64,000 nucleotides of DNA. Origin: Octopus sinensis. Lineage: Eukaryota. Position 1 is the first letter of the stretch. The number at the start of each line of letters is the position of its first letter. The translations under genes and the position numbers were made by a program. Shown here one piece after another: positions 12,112 to 23,282 of this stretch. The stretch is from NCBI RefSeq assembly GCF_006345805.1, contig NC_043009.1, positions 620,001 through 684,000 on the forward strand, written 5' to 3'. The notes under the pieces were generated by a model that was not told where the DNA came from, ran no database searches, and was given only the letters and a program-made list of their open reading frames with translations.

Positions 12112-13676
12112 TTTATTTTTATTTTTATTATATTTATTTTTAATTTTATAATTTCTAATATTTATACCACTAATACCAACAAAATTATAATTATTATTAT
12201 AATTATCTCGAAAATTATTTAAATCTTTATCATTAATATTATAAAATTTAATATTCCTATTATAACCTGCCCCTCTAAGGGCCTCATTATAATAAGTGGC
12301 ATGTCTATTAAAAATCTCTATATCATAAGAGAGTAATAAAATACGTTTACTTATATTATTAATCAACGAATTTTTAATAGAATTTGGGTGATTACTATTA
12401 ACATTTATATACCTAAGGTTCTCATTAATTTTATGATATGGTTGTGTTTTACCTGTAATTAGATTAAAATTAACATCTAAATAATTAACATTATAATTCT
12501 CCTTATATATAGTAATACTTAAACCATATCTTTTAAAGAAACTATATAGTTTTTTCTTATATACTTCTAGATTCCTTTTAGTACAATTCTTTGTAATTAG
12601 TAGAAGATCATCTCTATATAAACCACCCTCTATCTTAAGATTTTCTAATTGGAGTTCAGATAAAAGAAAAATACCTACTAAATCAGTAGCTTGTGCAGAA
12701 TCTGGTGCTCCCATAGGTATATCAAAACAATCTCTAGTATCATTCCTAGCCCATAATTTATTTTTATATTTAATGAGCGATTTCCTAGCCATTTCAATTA
12801 CATTAACTTCTTCACGTGACATTCCCACTTTATTCATTGCGAAAATAAGTGCTTTATTAAACACAATTTCATTAATAGAAGAATGATAATTATCTATATC
12901 TATTTGAATAAATTTAAAACGATTTTTATCTTTAATATTATTAAACCATTTCAATGTATTGTTATTACTAAACCATAATTTTAAATAATTAAGTTTATTT
13001 AATTTATTGATATATTTATCTAAAATAAATTTACTTAATTTACCTAAGTCAGATTTACATGGGCAAATTAATCTAAATTTAGGGTCTGAATAAAAATTAT
13101 CTTTATGGTCTTTAAGAGTAATTCTGGGGTTCAAAGGTACATAAGGTTCAGTTTTATTATCCAATTCATATTTTAACATTACTAATTTAGAGGCCTTATT
13201 AATATTATAAAGTATATCATCTGGAACAATTTTATATTTTTTAATTATTTCTTTCCCTAAAAGTTTATCATATAAATTAACATCTAATTTATATAAATTC
13301 CTAGTATAATACCATCCATATTTCTCATATCTTTAATTTTAATTGCTAGGTTTCTTAAATATTCATTATTTCTATTTGGGTATTTATAGAATTCAATATT
13401 TTTTACTACCTTCCATATATTATCTTCTAGTAATTGTAATTCTTTATTAAATGGAGGTTCCTTTCTAGATTTAAATTTAGAGGTAAAATTATCATTCCTA
13501 CTATCATTATCATTAAATAAATAAAAATTATAGTAATAAGCTTTCCATTTAATTCTAGAAATAAAACCTTTAACATTATTAATAAGTTTCAAAATAAATT
13601 CCTTTCTAGAAGGTATAGGAATATCTTTCAAAGATGAATCCCAAAACAGTGGTTCTATCTTACCTGTAAGTTCCAT
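11165..13676 (-). CDS. Naiad-type PLE polyprotein (N-terminal domain, reverse transcriptase, Asn-rich insert, Zn linker, GIY-YIG endonuclease); two frame breaks in this assembly
   Basis: SLKDIPIPS..FISRIKWKA..FKSRKEPP (13284-13676); PRITLKDHK..FRLICPCKS..QIDIDNYHSSI..MGAPDSAQ..GGLYRDD..VNYLDVNF..YINVNSNHP (11884-13179); after a 1-nt shift at ~11910: KIWLIVPY..VKTNI..CTCRDKSKCKLNNKC..VVYKC..VYIGST..NSTGLSKYIW..CYLC..KCRH. Confidence 0.88.
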
Positions 13677-13718
13677 AATTACGAAATTGAGGTATTACAC
13701 TCAATATACAAAATTATC

Positions 13719-14066
13719 AAATATGAGAACTTTTATAATAGGTTTTTATATTCAATTGTTTATAGGGTTTATTTTAGATTATTTTAGATTATATATTGAT
13801 TATATATAGATTATATATAGATTATATATAGATTATATATTTTTATTTTTATATTCTTTCATTGATAATTTTATTATTTTATTATTTTAAATTATTTAAA
13901 ATTATATTTTAAAATATTGATATTTTTAGATCGAAAATCCACCTGAAGATTGTCGGTAGCAGACATGAAACAATTGTAGTGGCGGTTTATTTAATTTATA
14001 TTAAAATTTTATGTATTGATTAAGTCTTTCCTTGTTTGGTTTTAAAATAGTGGTTTTGTCTCGAAT
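13719..14066 (+). repeat. Inverted 5' pLTR of the Naiad element
   Basis: Inverted relative to 9088-9307; contains HHR on + strand; ends ..tagtggttttgtctcgaatta directly in (TA)n. Confidence 0.85.
13939..13982 (+). ncRNA. Minimal type I hammerhead ribozyme
   Basis: CCAC-CTGAAGA-T-TGTC-ggtagca-GACA-T-GAAAC-AATT-GTA|GTGG: stem I CCAC/GTGG, palindromic ACAATTGT. Confidence 0.8.
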
Positions 14067-14163
<97 letters not shown>

Positions 14164-14165
14164 TA

Positions 14166-14221
<56 letters not shown>

Positions 14222-14223
<2 letters not shown>

Positions 14224-14375
14224 GACGGGCTTCTTTCGGTTTCTGTCTACCAAATCCACTCACAAGGCTTTGGTCGGCCCAAGGCTATAGTAGAAGACAC
14301 TTGCCCAAGTTGCCATGCAGTGGGACTGAACCCAGAACCATGTGGTTGGTAAACAAGCTACTTACCACAGTGCCA
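14222..14375 (-). mobile_element. SINE family A, 5' half (tRNA-like head)
   Basis: Matches the 5' half of intact copies; partner of 3305-3530. Confidence 0.85.
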
Positions 14376-15883
14376 CAGATTTAAGTCTCAATATATAGAT
14401 TCAAGTAATCCAGTAGTGCTCTTTAAAAAAGCTCTTTAATGTATCATTCTACAACCCATATAAAATATATAGTACGATACAAGAGTAAACGATAAGGGGC
14501 ATATAAAGTTATAAATAACAGAGAAATAGTTTGATGAAAATTTATTTAACAATAAGAAAATTCTAATACCAAATTGTTTTGTAACTTAAGAACATGTAAA
14601 TAATTTATATTATTATATTTCATAATAAATGAATTATTTACAAATTGCATTAATGCAAATTCAAAGACTCTTTCGAAATAATGCAGAAATTAGCTCTGTC
14701 CTCGTGTGAAAGACAGTCTTTGTTAAATGCTAAATTCTCGACGTAACGTTCCGAAAATACAGAGTCAATATTTAAAGATTATGGAACGTAGCTTAATTTC
14801 TGCATTGTTTTTATATAGGAAGGCTCTTCATTAGGCTTTGAGCACAACAACGACACTCATGCATTGAGAATATATTAAATTTTATTAAACTTGAACAATA
14901 TTTTTCAAGCAATGAACAATTTTCGTCGAAACAATGATATAATTTGTCAACTTGGAACTTATTTGCAAAGCTGCATGATAAACAACACTACCACCACCAT
15001 TGTCACCACATCTGCCATACACACACCATTCAGACTTCTGATGCCACTACCTTCAATACCTTTCATTTCGCCGCCTTCCCCTCCCTCACCATCACCACTG
15101 TCTTTCATATCACTTACTCTCATCTTCAGTCCTGACCGCCACGGCTACCACCACCATCATCACAGCCGCCTCTGCCTCCATCACGGCTACAGCTCATACT
15201 ATTACTATCACCCATTACTATCACAAAGACATGTTTGTCTTTAAAAAGGATTTTTTTAAATGTAAAAAAAAAACTTGAGGATATTTTAGAATTAATGAAA
15301 TGGCACAGAAACAGTAAAAGAGAACAGTGGGCAAGGGAGAAGCATACGAATAAACCTTGTAACAGCTTGTGAGGACAGATAAGGAGCGAAATAGCCATTA
15401 ATTTATTTAAAAACTGAAGTAGACAACACAGTCAGGAAACAGTTTAGTAGTGTTAAGCAAAAATATTTAATAATTGCCAATTAAAGTTGGCATAATACAA
15501 AAGATACGTAAGAAACTTTGAATTGAAATTGAAACTGAATTAGCAGAGGTTAGGGTGCAAAAGTCCAGCAAAGCAGACAAATGGAAACCAGAAAAACAAA
15601 TAAAATATCTACGAAATAAAATATGTATGAGAAAGAAAACACAGCTGATGGGATTTCCACAGGAAATGGAAATAAATAAATAAAAAATGCAGAAATAGTT
15701 CATGATTTCCAAAATGAAGAAATTGAAAACTTGTAGGAGGAAAAAAATGAACACGACAGAGAGGTCTAATGTGCGTTCTTAAAGAGAAGAGAACACCAAA
15801 ACAACCCTATTTATAACATGGGGCACTAATAACTAAAGACATCAATGTCTAATTATAAAGATCCTAACTTGTCGATTAGTATA

Positions 15884-17166
15884 CGAGGGTAGATAAAAAA
15901 TGATAAGCACTCTTGTTCCTATAATTTATTAAAGCAAATACAGGGATTGAACAATTCCATCATTTTTCGACATAATCTCATTGCTTTTTGATGCACTTCT
16001 TCCAGCGTCCCACAAACTTGCTTATTCCATCAAAGAAGTTTTTCGGATGGTTGTGCAGCCATTTATATACCGCTTCCGGTGCTTCTTCGTCCATAGCAAA
16101 TGGTCGACCACATGAAGGATGTTTGAGTGGTCCTAAGAGGCGATAAGTCGGAAGAGGCAAGATCAAGACTGTATGCATGGTGTTCCCAGCAGCTCGAAAC
16201 CCAGTTTTTAATGGTTTCAACGGTGTAGGTGACAGTGTGTGAATGTGTATAGTCGTGCAATAATAACACTTGCTTTAACAATAGAACTTGGCGTTTGGTG
16301 GAATTACTAGTTTCAGTTTGTTGCCCAGCCTTTCACTGTAGCCTACACTGGTGACCGTAGATCACTTGTCCAGGTAAAGTTCCAATGTAAGCTTTTTTGC
16401 GCCCCCAAAACGATTAGCATAATTTTTTTCGGCGGAAGATTGAGGTTTAAATTCCTCTTTCGCTAACTATTCCAAGGTGTTTCTAATCCATGCTCTGCTT
16501 ATTTGGATTCTGATCGCATCTCCTGCGACTATTCTCTCTGAAAAGCTTTGTCTTCATTGTAGAAGCAGTCGAGTAAAAGTTGACAGATCTCCACATGATT
16601 GTGCTTATGTGTTTCGGTAAGTTCTTTTGCCACCCACCTCTCACAGATTTTACCGAAGCGAAGTTTATTGTGGATGATTTCGTATACAAAACCGTGACTA
16701 ATTTATAGAGAACATACCACCTCATCGACGGTCACTCTTCGATTCGCCAGAACCATCGAGTTTCTTAGATCTTCAAGTCAGTGGTGGAGGTTGATGGGCG
16801 TCCTGCTCCCTCTTCGTGCCTCACGATTGTCCGGCCATTTTTAAACTTCTCGATCCTCTCATAAACACTTCTACGCGTTAGAGCGTTGTGCAGGCATTCT
16901 GCTGAGAGCCTGCGATGATTTTCAGTCTCTGACACAACTTCAAATCAGAGAAATCGGATCATTGATCTCTCTTGTTCCTTGGTGTACACTGCCAGCGGAG
17001 CGGCCACTTTCACTCGGTAGCACAGGAAAGAAAACTGGAGCGATCAAAGTCAAACCTAGCTTACGTAACATCGAGAATAATTTTAGCACTCGAGTGCTGT
17101 AGGCAGTGCAGCCGACCTAAAGGGAATTTTGACGAAAGTGCTGATAAATTTTGACTTACCCCCCTA
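15884..17166 (-). mobile_element. Decayed full-length mariner transposon
   Basis: Degenerate TIRs (cgagggtagataaaaaatgataagcact / agtgctgataaattttgacttacccccct), 5' TA, fragments HHAYSLDLASSD (HPPYSPDLAPSD-like) and ..FFDGISKFVGRWKKCI. Confidence 0.85.
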
Positions 17167-17419
17167 TGTGTAAATGAAATATATATTTTCATTCGTATTA
17201 TTCAATTACTGATAAGCCTATACCAGCTCAGCCATGAAGATATGAGGTTGAAAATGTAAGATAAAAGGACAAGGAGAGAGGAGAGAGAGGAATTGTTCGT
17301 AGGTAATTTTTTTAATTGGAACATGACACGTGGCTAAAAGTCTCACAATTTACCATTACATTACATCCAACCTTTTTAAAATATATAAGGAAAAAGTACA
17401 TGTGGGGAAGAGATTTGAA

Positions 17420-17455
<36 letters not shown>

Positions 17456-17734
17456 GTGTGTGTGTGTGTTGCATGAGATATTCAGAACTTTTGCATGCTT
17501 CTCTGTAACAGAAGCTTTCACAAATAATGAGTAAAATGGAATAGTTTAGATGACATGTTGACATTATCAATAGAACATAAAGGTTACAAAAGTGCAAAAG
17601 AAAAAGAACAGCTGAGAGATAAAACTGACGAGGAACACTTGCCAAGAGAACAAAACAATTCTAAACGCAGCATAAATAATACGACAGATTGTTAAAAAGA
17701 CGTCGTGAACATTTATAACATCGTTTGTTCTTTA

Positions 17735-18130
17735 CTATTCTAGGCACAAGGCCCGAAATTTGGTGGGGGAGGGAGCCAGTCGATTAGATGGACCCCAATA
17801 CGCAGCTGGTACTTAATTTATCGACCCCGAAAGGATGAAAGGTAAATTCGACCTCGGCGGAATTTGAACTCAGAACGTAACGGCAGAGGAAATATCTATT
17901 TCTTTACTACCCACAAGGGGCTAAACATATAGGGGAGAAACAAGGACAGACAAAGGGATAGAGTCGATTACATCGACCCCAGTGAGTAACTGGTACTTAA
18001 TTTATCGACCCCGAAAGTATGAAAGGCAAAGTCGACCTCGGTGGAATTTGAGCTCATAACGTAGCGGCAGACGAAATACCACTAAGAATTTCAACCGGCG
18101 TGCTAACGTTTCTGCCAGCTCGCCGCCTTA
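17735..18130 (-). mobile_element. SINE family B (ggcggcgagctggcagaa.. head)
   Basis: Reverse complement of the family seen at 25525, 29590, 48430. Confidence 0.85.
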
Positions 18131-18879
18131 TAATGTAACATATTAGATGTAAAATGTGTGAAAAGGAGTAGTTTTTATGTGAATAAAAGAACAAAATCAT
18201 CGAAAGTACAAGATGGAAGTGAACAATAATGTGTTTTCAAGTTGGCCGTGAGCTCAAAAGGGGATGATAAATATCAAGGTGGCTCTGTAAGCGGATCATT
18301 GGGTCCTTAAATCTTAAAGACGTCATGATTGTTTTGTTTTTGTTTTTCACAAATGAAATAATTAAACAATTATATTCATTATATGGTATATTTTTCTATA
18401 CGTACATGTGGAGTGGGTGTTTGTAAATTGCCTTTCGGTGGGAAAGGAAAGACGGGTTCTGAGCTACAAAATGTTGGAATCCACTGATCTAGGGTAAATT
18501 ACTCTTTTATGTATTAATCCCTAGAGTAAAGGAAGAAAAGGAAACAAAATAAATACAAAATCACATATTCCCTATGAAACATCTTGGAGTTGTTTGTGAA
18601 ATCAAACAGCCTTATGGAATTCTTATTTCAAAGAGTCGGCACATTCAGCAAACACATAAGGATGGAATTGGAGATAGGAAAATGAGCCAAAGCATGCAAC
18701 AGAATTGAAAAGTAGATCAAACAAAACATTTGAACTGCAAACAAATGGATAAAGCATTATGGGAAATTTGAAACCCCAAGAATATACATAGTCCTGAGAA
18801 TGTTAGAGCAGATTAAATTTAATACACAATAATGTAACACTGAACTGAGATAGGGGTGGGTTGTTGCCTGGATTCGAAC

Positions 18880-19088
18880 CATTGTATTTTCCGGCATATA
18901 AGACGACGTATTATATGATGAAAACATAATACTGTAAACATTCAAATATCGTCACTATCTTTCCGAATCCTGATGTTTTTCACATGGAATTTTTGGTCCC
19001 TCGAAGTTGTCTTGGTGTATAAGTCGACCTACCTTTTTTGACTGAAATTATGGTCTGAAAATTTTAACTTAATATACCGTAAAATAAG
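18880..19088. mobile_element. Possible Tc1/pogo-type MITE relic
   Basis: Imperfect termini tgtattttccggcatataagacgac / aacttaatataccgtaaaata. Confidence 0.4.
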
Positions 19089-20408
19089 CTAAGCGGAATA
19101 AAGGAGAAAAAATCTCGTCTCTAAGAGAGACATTTAATGCCTTATAGCTTTAATATTGTAAACTAAACGATGAATTCGATCCATAGGCTGGAGACCAATA
19201 CTATAAGGTTGAGATTTTTTTCTGCTTGGCTTCACTTCTTGAAATTTTAAAACTGAGTGAAAATGTTCAAATTTGATATATTGAAGTAATTTTTTACACT
19301 GAATCTGACGTTGTTATTCACTTGTTCCAGAAACAGTTTTAGAAAAATGTTACAGAAAGCTGGCATTTTGTGCGTGATGACAACATTACGATGACAAAAT
19401 ATTCAACGATAGAAATAAAGTCGTGTGAAATGTTGGAACAGACATGTAATGCGAAAAATTACCAAAAAAGAAAAGAAACTAGAACTGAACACTAAATTAG
19501 GAAAAAACAAACTGAACGTTAAGCAGCAACAGAGAACTGTAGTTCAGTTCATGTAAGGATCGAACTGCTGAAGAAGGCAACCAAATCCCCTCCCAACGAA
19601 TACCCAAACGTCAACGAATGACGAAGGACACATTAGATTCTAGTAGTACGAGATAACTCTAAGACTCTGGGACTTTCAGCATTAGAATACTCCTTTTAAT
19701 TATAGGTCTGCCTGATCAGCCGCATCCCCTGCAGTTTTCTATTTCTTAATGATATACGAAAGGTTATACGAGTTGGCAACAGACGGATAAATAGGCTACA
19801 TAAACAACAGGCTGGTTTGTTACTATGGAAACAGGCACCAATATGTCTGTGGTTTTCGATTGGCTACAATTAACCCAAAATTTGCAACTTTTAAAAGCTA
19901 TTAACTTTTTATTTATTAATCTAAGGCAAACAGAAACTTAATTTCCATAATTAGCAGACAATACTACATTAATACGTCAAAGTTGAAATCAATTGGAGCA
20001 AAACCGAAGGAATTGAAAAGTGAAATCCAGACAGAAAAAATCGTGAAATTCTTACATTTATACAGAAAGCAGCATTCAATGTCAAATGCCCAGTGACTTT
20101 ATATGAAATGTTAATTAGTAGATTAATATACTTAACAACATATATAATCTAATTACAAAATAGTATTATCTAATTACAAAGGACTGGAAATATGTCTCAA
20201 AGGAGCAAGAAGAAACACTGCTGTATGTAGAACATAACCATGAAACGAGAGTGAAATTCTACTCCGTTTTCTAGGCGACAAAAGGTTTCAAAGGTTAAGA
20301 AGTACCATAGGAATAAATTAAATAGCAATGTAATATATTCATAGAATTGGGATCCAGCATATGGAGCTAACTTATATTTTATAATGTTAAAACTATAAAG
20401 CATTAAAG

Positions 20409-20763
20409 CAGTGGTTTTCAACCGGAGCCCACATAGTCCCTGAGGATCCATGTAATATTTTGAGGGATCCACGCAACAAAATAATAAGTTGGGGATCCAC
20501 AACAGTATTTTAAGGGACCCTGAAAATTTTTTACTTCAGATGTATCTGTTGGTATGTATTGCAAGAAACAGCTAGGTTTTTTTTTTCTGTAACATATTAC
20601 AGAGTTCAACGTTCGCGAGTTAATGGGTGAAAAACAAAATAGGAATTTTGAAAGAAGTTTCTATAAAACTAGTTTTTAAACATCGAATGGACATGCGGAA
20701 GGTCCACTGGAGTAAAATAGTAATCAAAGGGGTCCAGCAGCAAAAGCTGGTTGAGAACCTTTG
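20409..20763. mobile_element. hAT-superfamily MITE
   Basis: TIRs CAGTGGTTTTCAACC / GGTTGAGAACCTTTG with exact 8-bp TSD CATTAAAG (20401-20408, 20764-20771). Confidence 0.88.
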
Positions 20764-21017
20764 CATTAAAGCCTTTCCTATTGACGGAATTTATTGCCTC
20801 TTCCTTTTACATGTAGTTCACATCTTAGCAATAATTCCCTTCTTTCTAAATTCAGCTTTTTTCTCTTTCTTTTTCACTACTTTTCTCCCCATTCTTGTCA
20901 CCACTCTTTCTATTCTTTCCTTTTTATGTTAAAAGACAAGCATCCCAAACCTCAAGATGTCTTTCCTTTGTTAGTAGGCGTTATATTAATAGAACCTTCA
21001 TTAAAATTGGATGGATG

Positions 21018-21074
<57 letters not shown>

Positions 21075-21448
21075 CAGACGGACGGACGGACGGACGGACG
21101 GACGGGCACACCTAAACATATTTAATATTTTTAATTGAATTTAATTCACTTTATTTCATCAATGTTACATAAACCGAGATGACGTGGTTTCACACAATTA
21201 GACGGCAAATTGATGGGGGGGGGGGTTTATATTATCATTGGCAGATCTATCTAATTCTCATATTCATTGCAAATAGGAACCTTGAGTAAGTAAAGCTTAC
21301 ATCATCACCAACGGAAGCACTGCGTCATTAACGAGAATTTCATTAGATTACAGAAGTGAGTTCAAAAAGTAATCTATGGTTGAATCTTGGTGAAGTATAA
21401 ATTCTACCTGCCTAACGTCTGGTTCAGAGTATATGAGGACAATATTAA

Positions 21449-21579
21449 CCTTTAGCACGCTTAGGCTCATCATGGCGCCGTACGATTTTTCTCTCCTGTT
21501 GCTGTAGGCCATTGTGTTGTATTTTGCTAGGGGAAGAAAATTCATACGGTGACAAGATGCGTCTACAGTGTGCTAAAGG
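21449..21579. mobile_element. 131-bp piggyBac-type MITE
   Basis: TTAA|CCTTTAGCAC ... GTGCTAAAGG|TTAA. Confidence 0.8.
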
Positions 21580-21702
21580 TTAATGATGGTAATGATCTAG
21601 TGACTTCAGTGGGTTAATGCGACAAATATGTTTGCATCACATATAAAAGTGATAATAAATGAGACAGGTAGCTTACGAAAAATACGAAACATAGGTGCAG
21701 TT

Positions 21703-21905
21703 ATGGCAGTGTAGTTAAAAAGTTTCCTTAGCAACCAAGTGGTTTCGGTTTCGGTCCCACTTCAGGGCTTACCAAAAGCCTTCTGGGCTTATCAAAAGCC
21801 TTCTGAGTAAATTTAGTACACGGAAACGATGTTGAAGCCCGGAATATAAATGTGTGTGCATGTGTGTGTTTGTGTGCATGTGTGTGTTTGTGTGTGTGTG
21901 TGTGT

Positions 21906-21948
<43 letters not shown>

Positions 21949-22150
21949 ACGCGTACGTCTTTATACCCGTGTTTGTCCTCCGCTACTGCTTCACAACCAG
22001 TTTTGGTTTGTTCACGTTTCCGTAACATAGCGGTCGGTCTATCAAAGAAAACCGATAGAATAAGTACTGGAAGCCGATTTGTTCTACTATGCCCATCAAG
22101 GAGGTGCCCAATCATAGCCATAGACCAATGACTGAAAGAAGTAAAAGATC
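21703..22150 (+). mobile_element. SINE family A, diverged full copy with internal (GT)n
   Basis: Head, middle and 3' ccaatgactgaaagaagtaaaaga align to family A. Confidence 0.75.
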
Positions 22151-22419
22151 AAAAATGAAATATTATTTCCAAATATATTTCATGCTTTTTATAGAATTCT
22201 TAAAAATCTAGTTTCCGACAGTTTTCCTTACAATCTACCAACAATCTTAATAAAATATGGATTCCATTGATGTGACCTCTAGTTTAGAATGCATAAGAAC
22301 GCTATTATTGACGGTAACGGTCTAATACCCTGTGGATTAATGAGACGATTTTACCATAAAATATAGAAAGAATAATAAATGACAGGCATGTCTCATAAAA
22401 AAAAAACCTATTAAATCAT

Positions 22420-23030
22420 TTTTCCGAGTATATTTTATGTTCTTGGGCGGACAAAATTCCTAGCATCTCTTTACGTTCTGATTTCAAAATCCGCCGACGT
22501 CTACTTTGCCTTTCAAGCTTGGTAAAGTATAAATCCCGCCTGCTTAACTTCTGGTTCAGAGGTTGATAAAATAAGTAGCAGTTGAATACTGGGGGCCAAT
22601 GTAATCGACTTAACCCCCTCTCCCAAAATTTATGGCCTTGTACCAAAATTTGAAACCAATATTAATAAAAGGCGGTTACCTGACAGAATCGTTAGCGGTA
22701 TTTCGCCCGTCTTAACGTTCTGGGTTTAAATATCGACGTATTCGACTTTGCCTTTTATTCTTACGGGGTCGATAATATAAGTACCAGCTGAGTGCTGGGT
22801 ACGATGTAATCGACTAGTCCTTCCCAAAAAATTTCAAGCTTTGTGCTTGGATATTTTATACTCTTGGTGGACAGAATGCTTAGCAACTTTTTACGTTCTG
22901 ATTTCAAATTCCGCCGACGTCTACTTTGACTTTTATCCTGTCAGGGTCAATAAGATAGTACCAGTTGAGTACTGAGATCGATATAATCGATTATCACCCT
23001 CCTCTAAAATTTCAGGCCAACATACCTGTT
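22420..23030 (+). mobile_element. Three tandem partial SINE-B copies
   Basis: Recurrent tacgttctg(a/g)tt(t)caaattccgccgacgtc..gatgtaatcgact; flanks 22240-22420 and 23095-23280 are also diverged duplicates. Confidence 0.7.
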
Positions 23031-23282
23031 GTAGAAACGTTTGTTTTTGTTTTTTGTTTTTTGTCGCTTCTCTTAATTTTACCAAATATCTTGGCAAATT
23101 ATGGACTCCACCAATCTAACTTCTACCGGGAGAGTATACATGAAGATGGTATGATTGATGACGATGATCTTATGATCCTATGGGTTAATGAGATTTATAT
23201 GCTCACCATAAAACAGAAAGAATAATAGATGGGAGAGACATCTCATTAAAAAGATCCTAAATAATTTTTCCTCGTGTAGGAA

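Larger units (their letters stand above)
3597..14066 (-). mobile_element. Tandem array of a Naiad-type Penelope-like retroelement
   Basis: RT with GGLYRDD and MGAPDSAQATDLVG, CxC-x4-C-x5-C linker, C-terminal GIY-YIG, inverted 5' pLTR with HHR, two near-identical copies, both ends in (TA)n. Confidence 0.9.

Noticed and set aside
11165-13676. Selenoprotein-type Naiad
   Set aside because: No in-frame TGA in the reconstructed frame and no convincing SECIS seen in the UTR
15126-15754. Short hydrophobic ORFs in AT-rich unique DNA
   Set aside because: No domain similarity; composition explained by T-rich sequence
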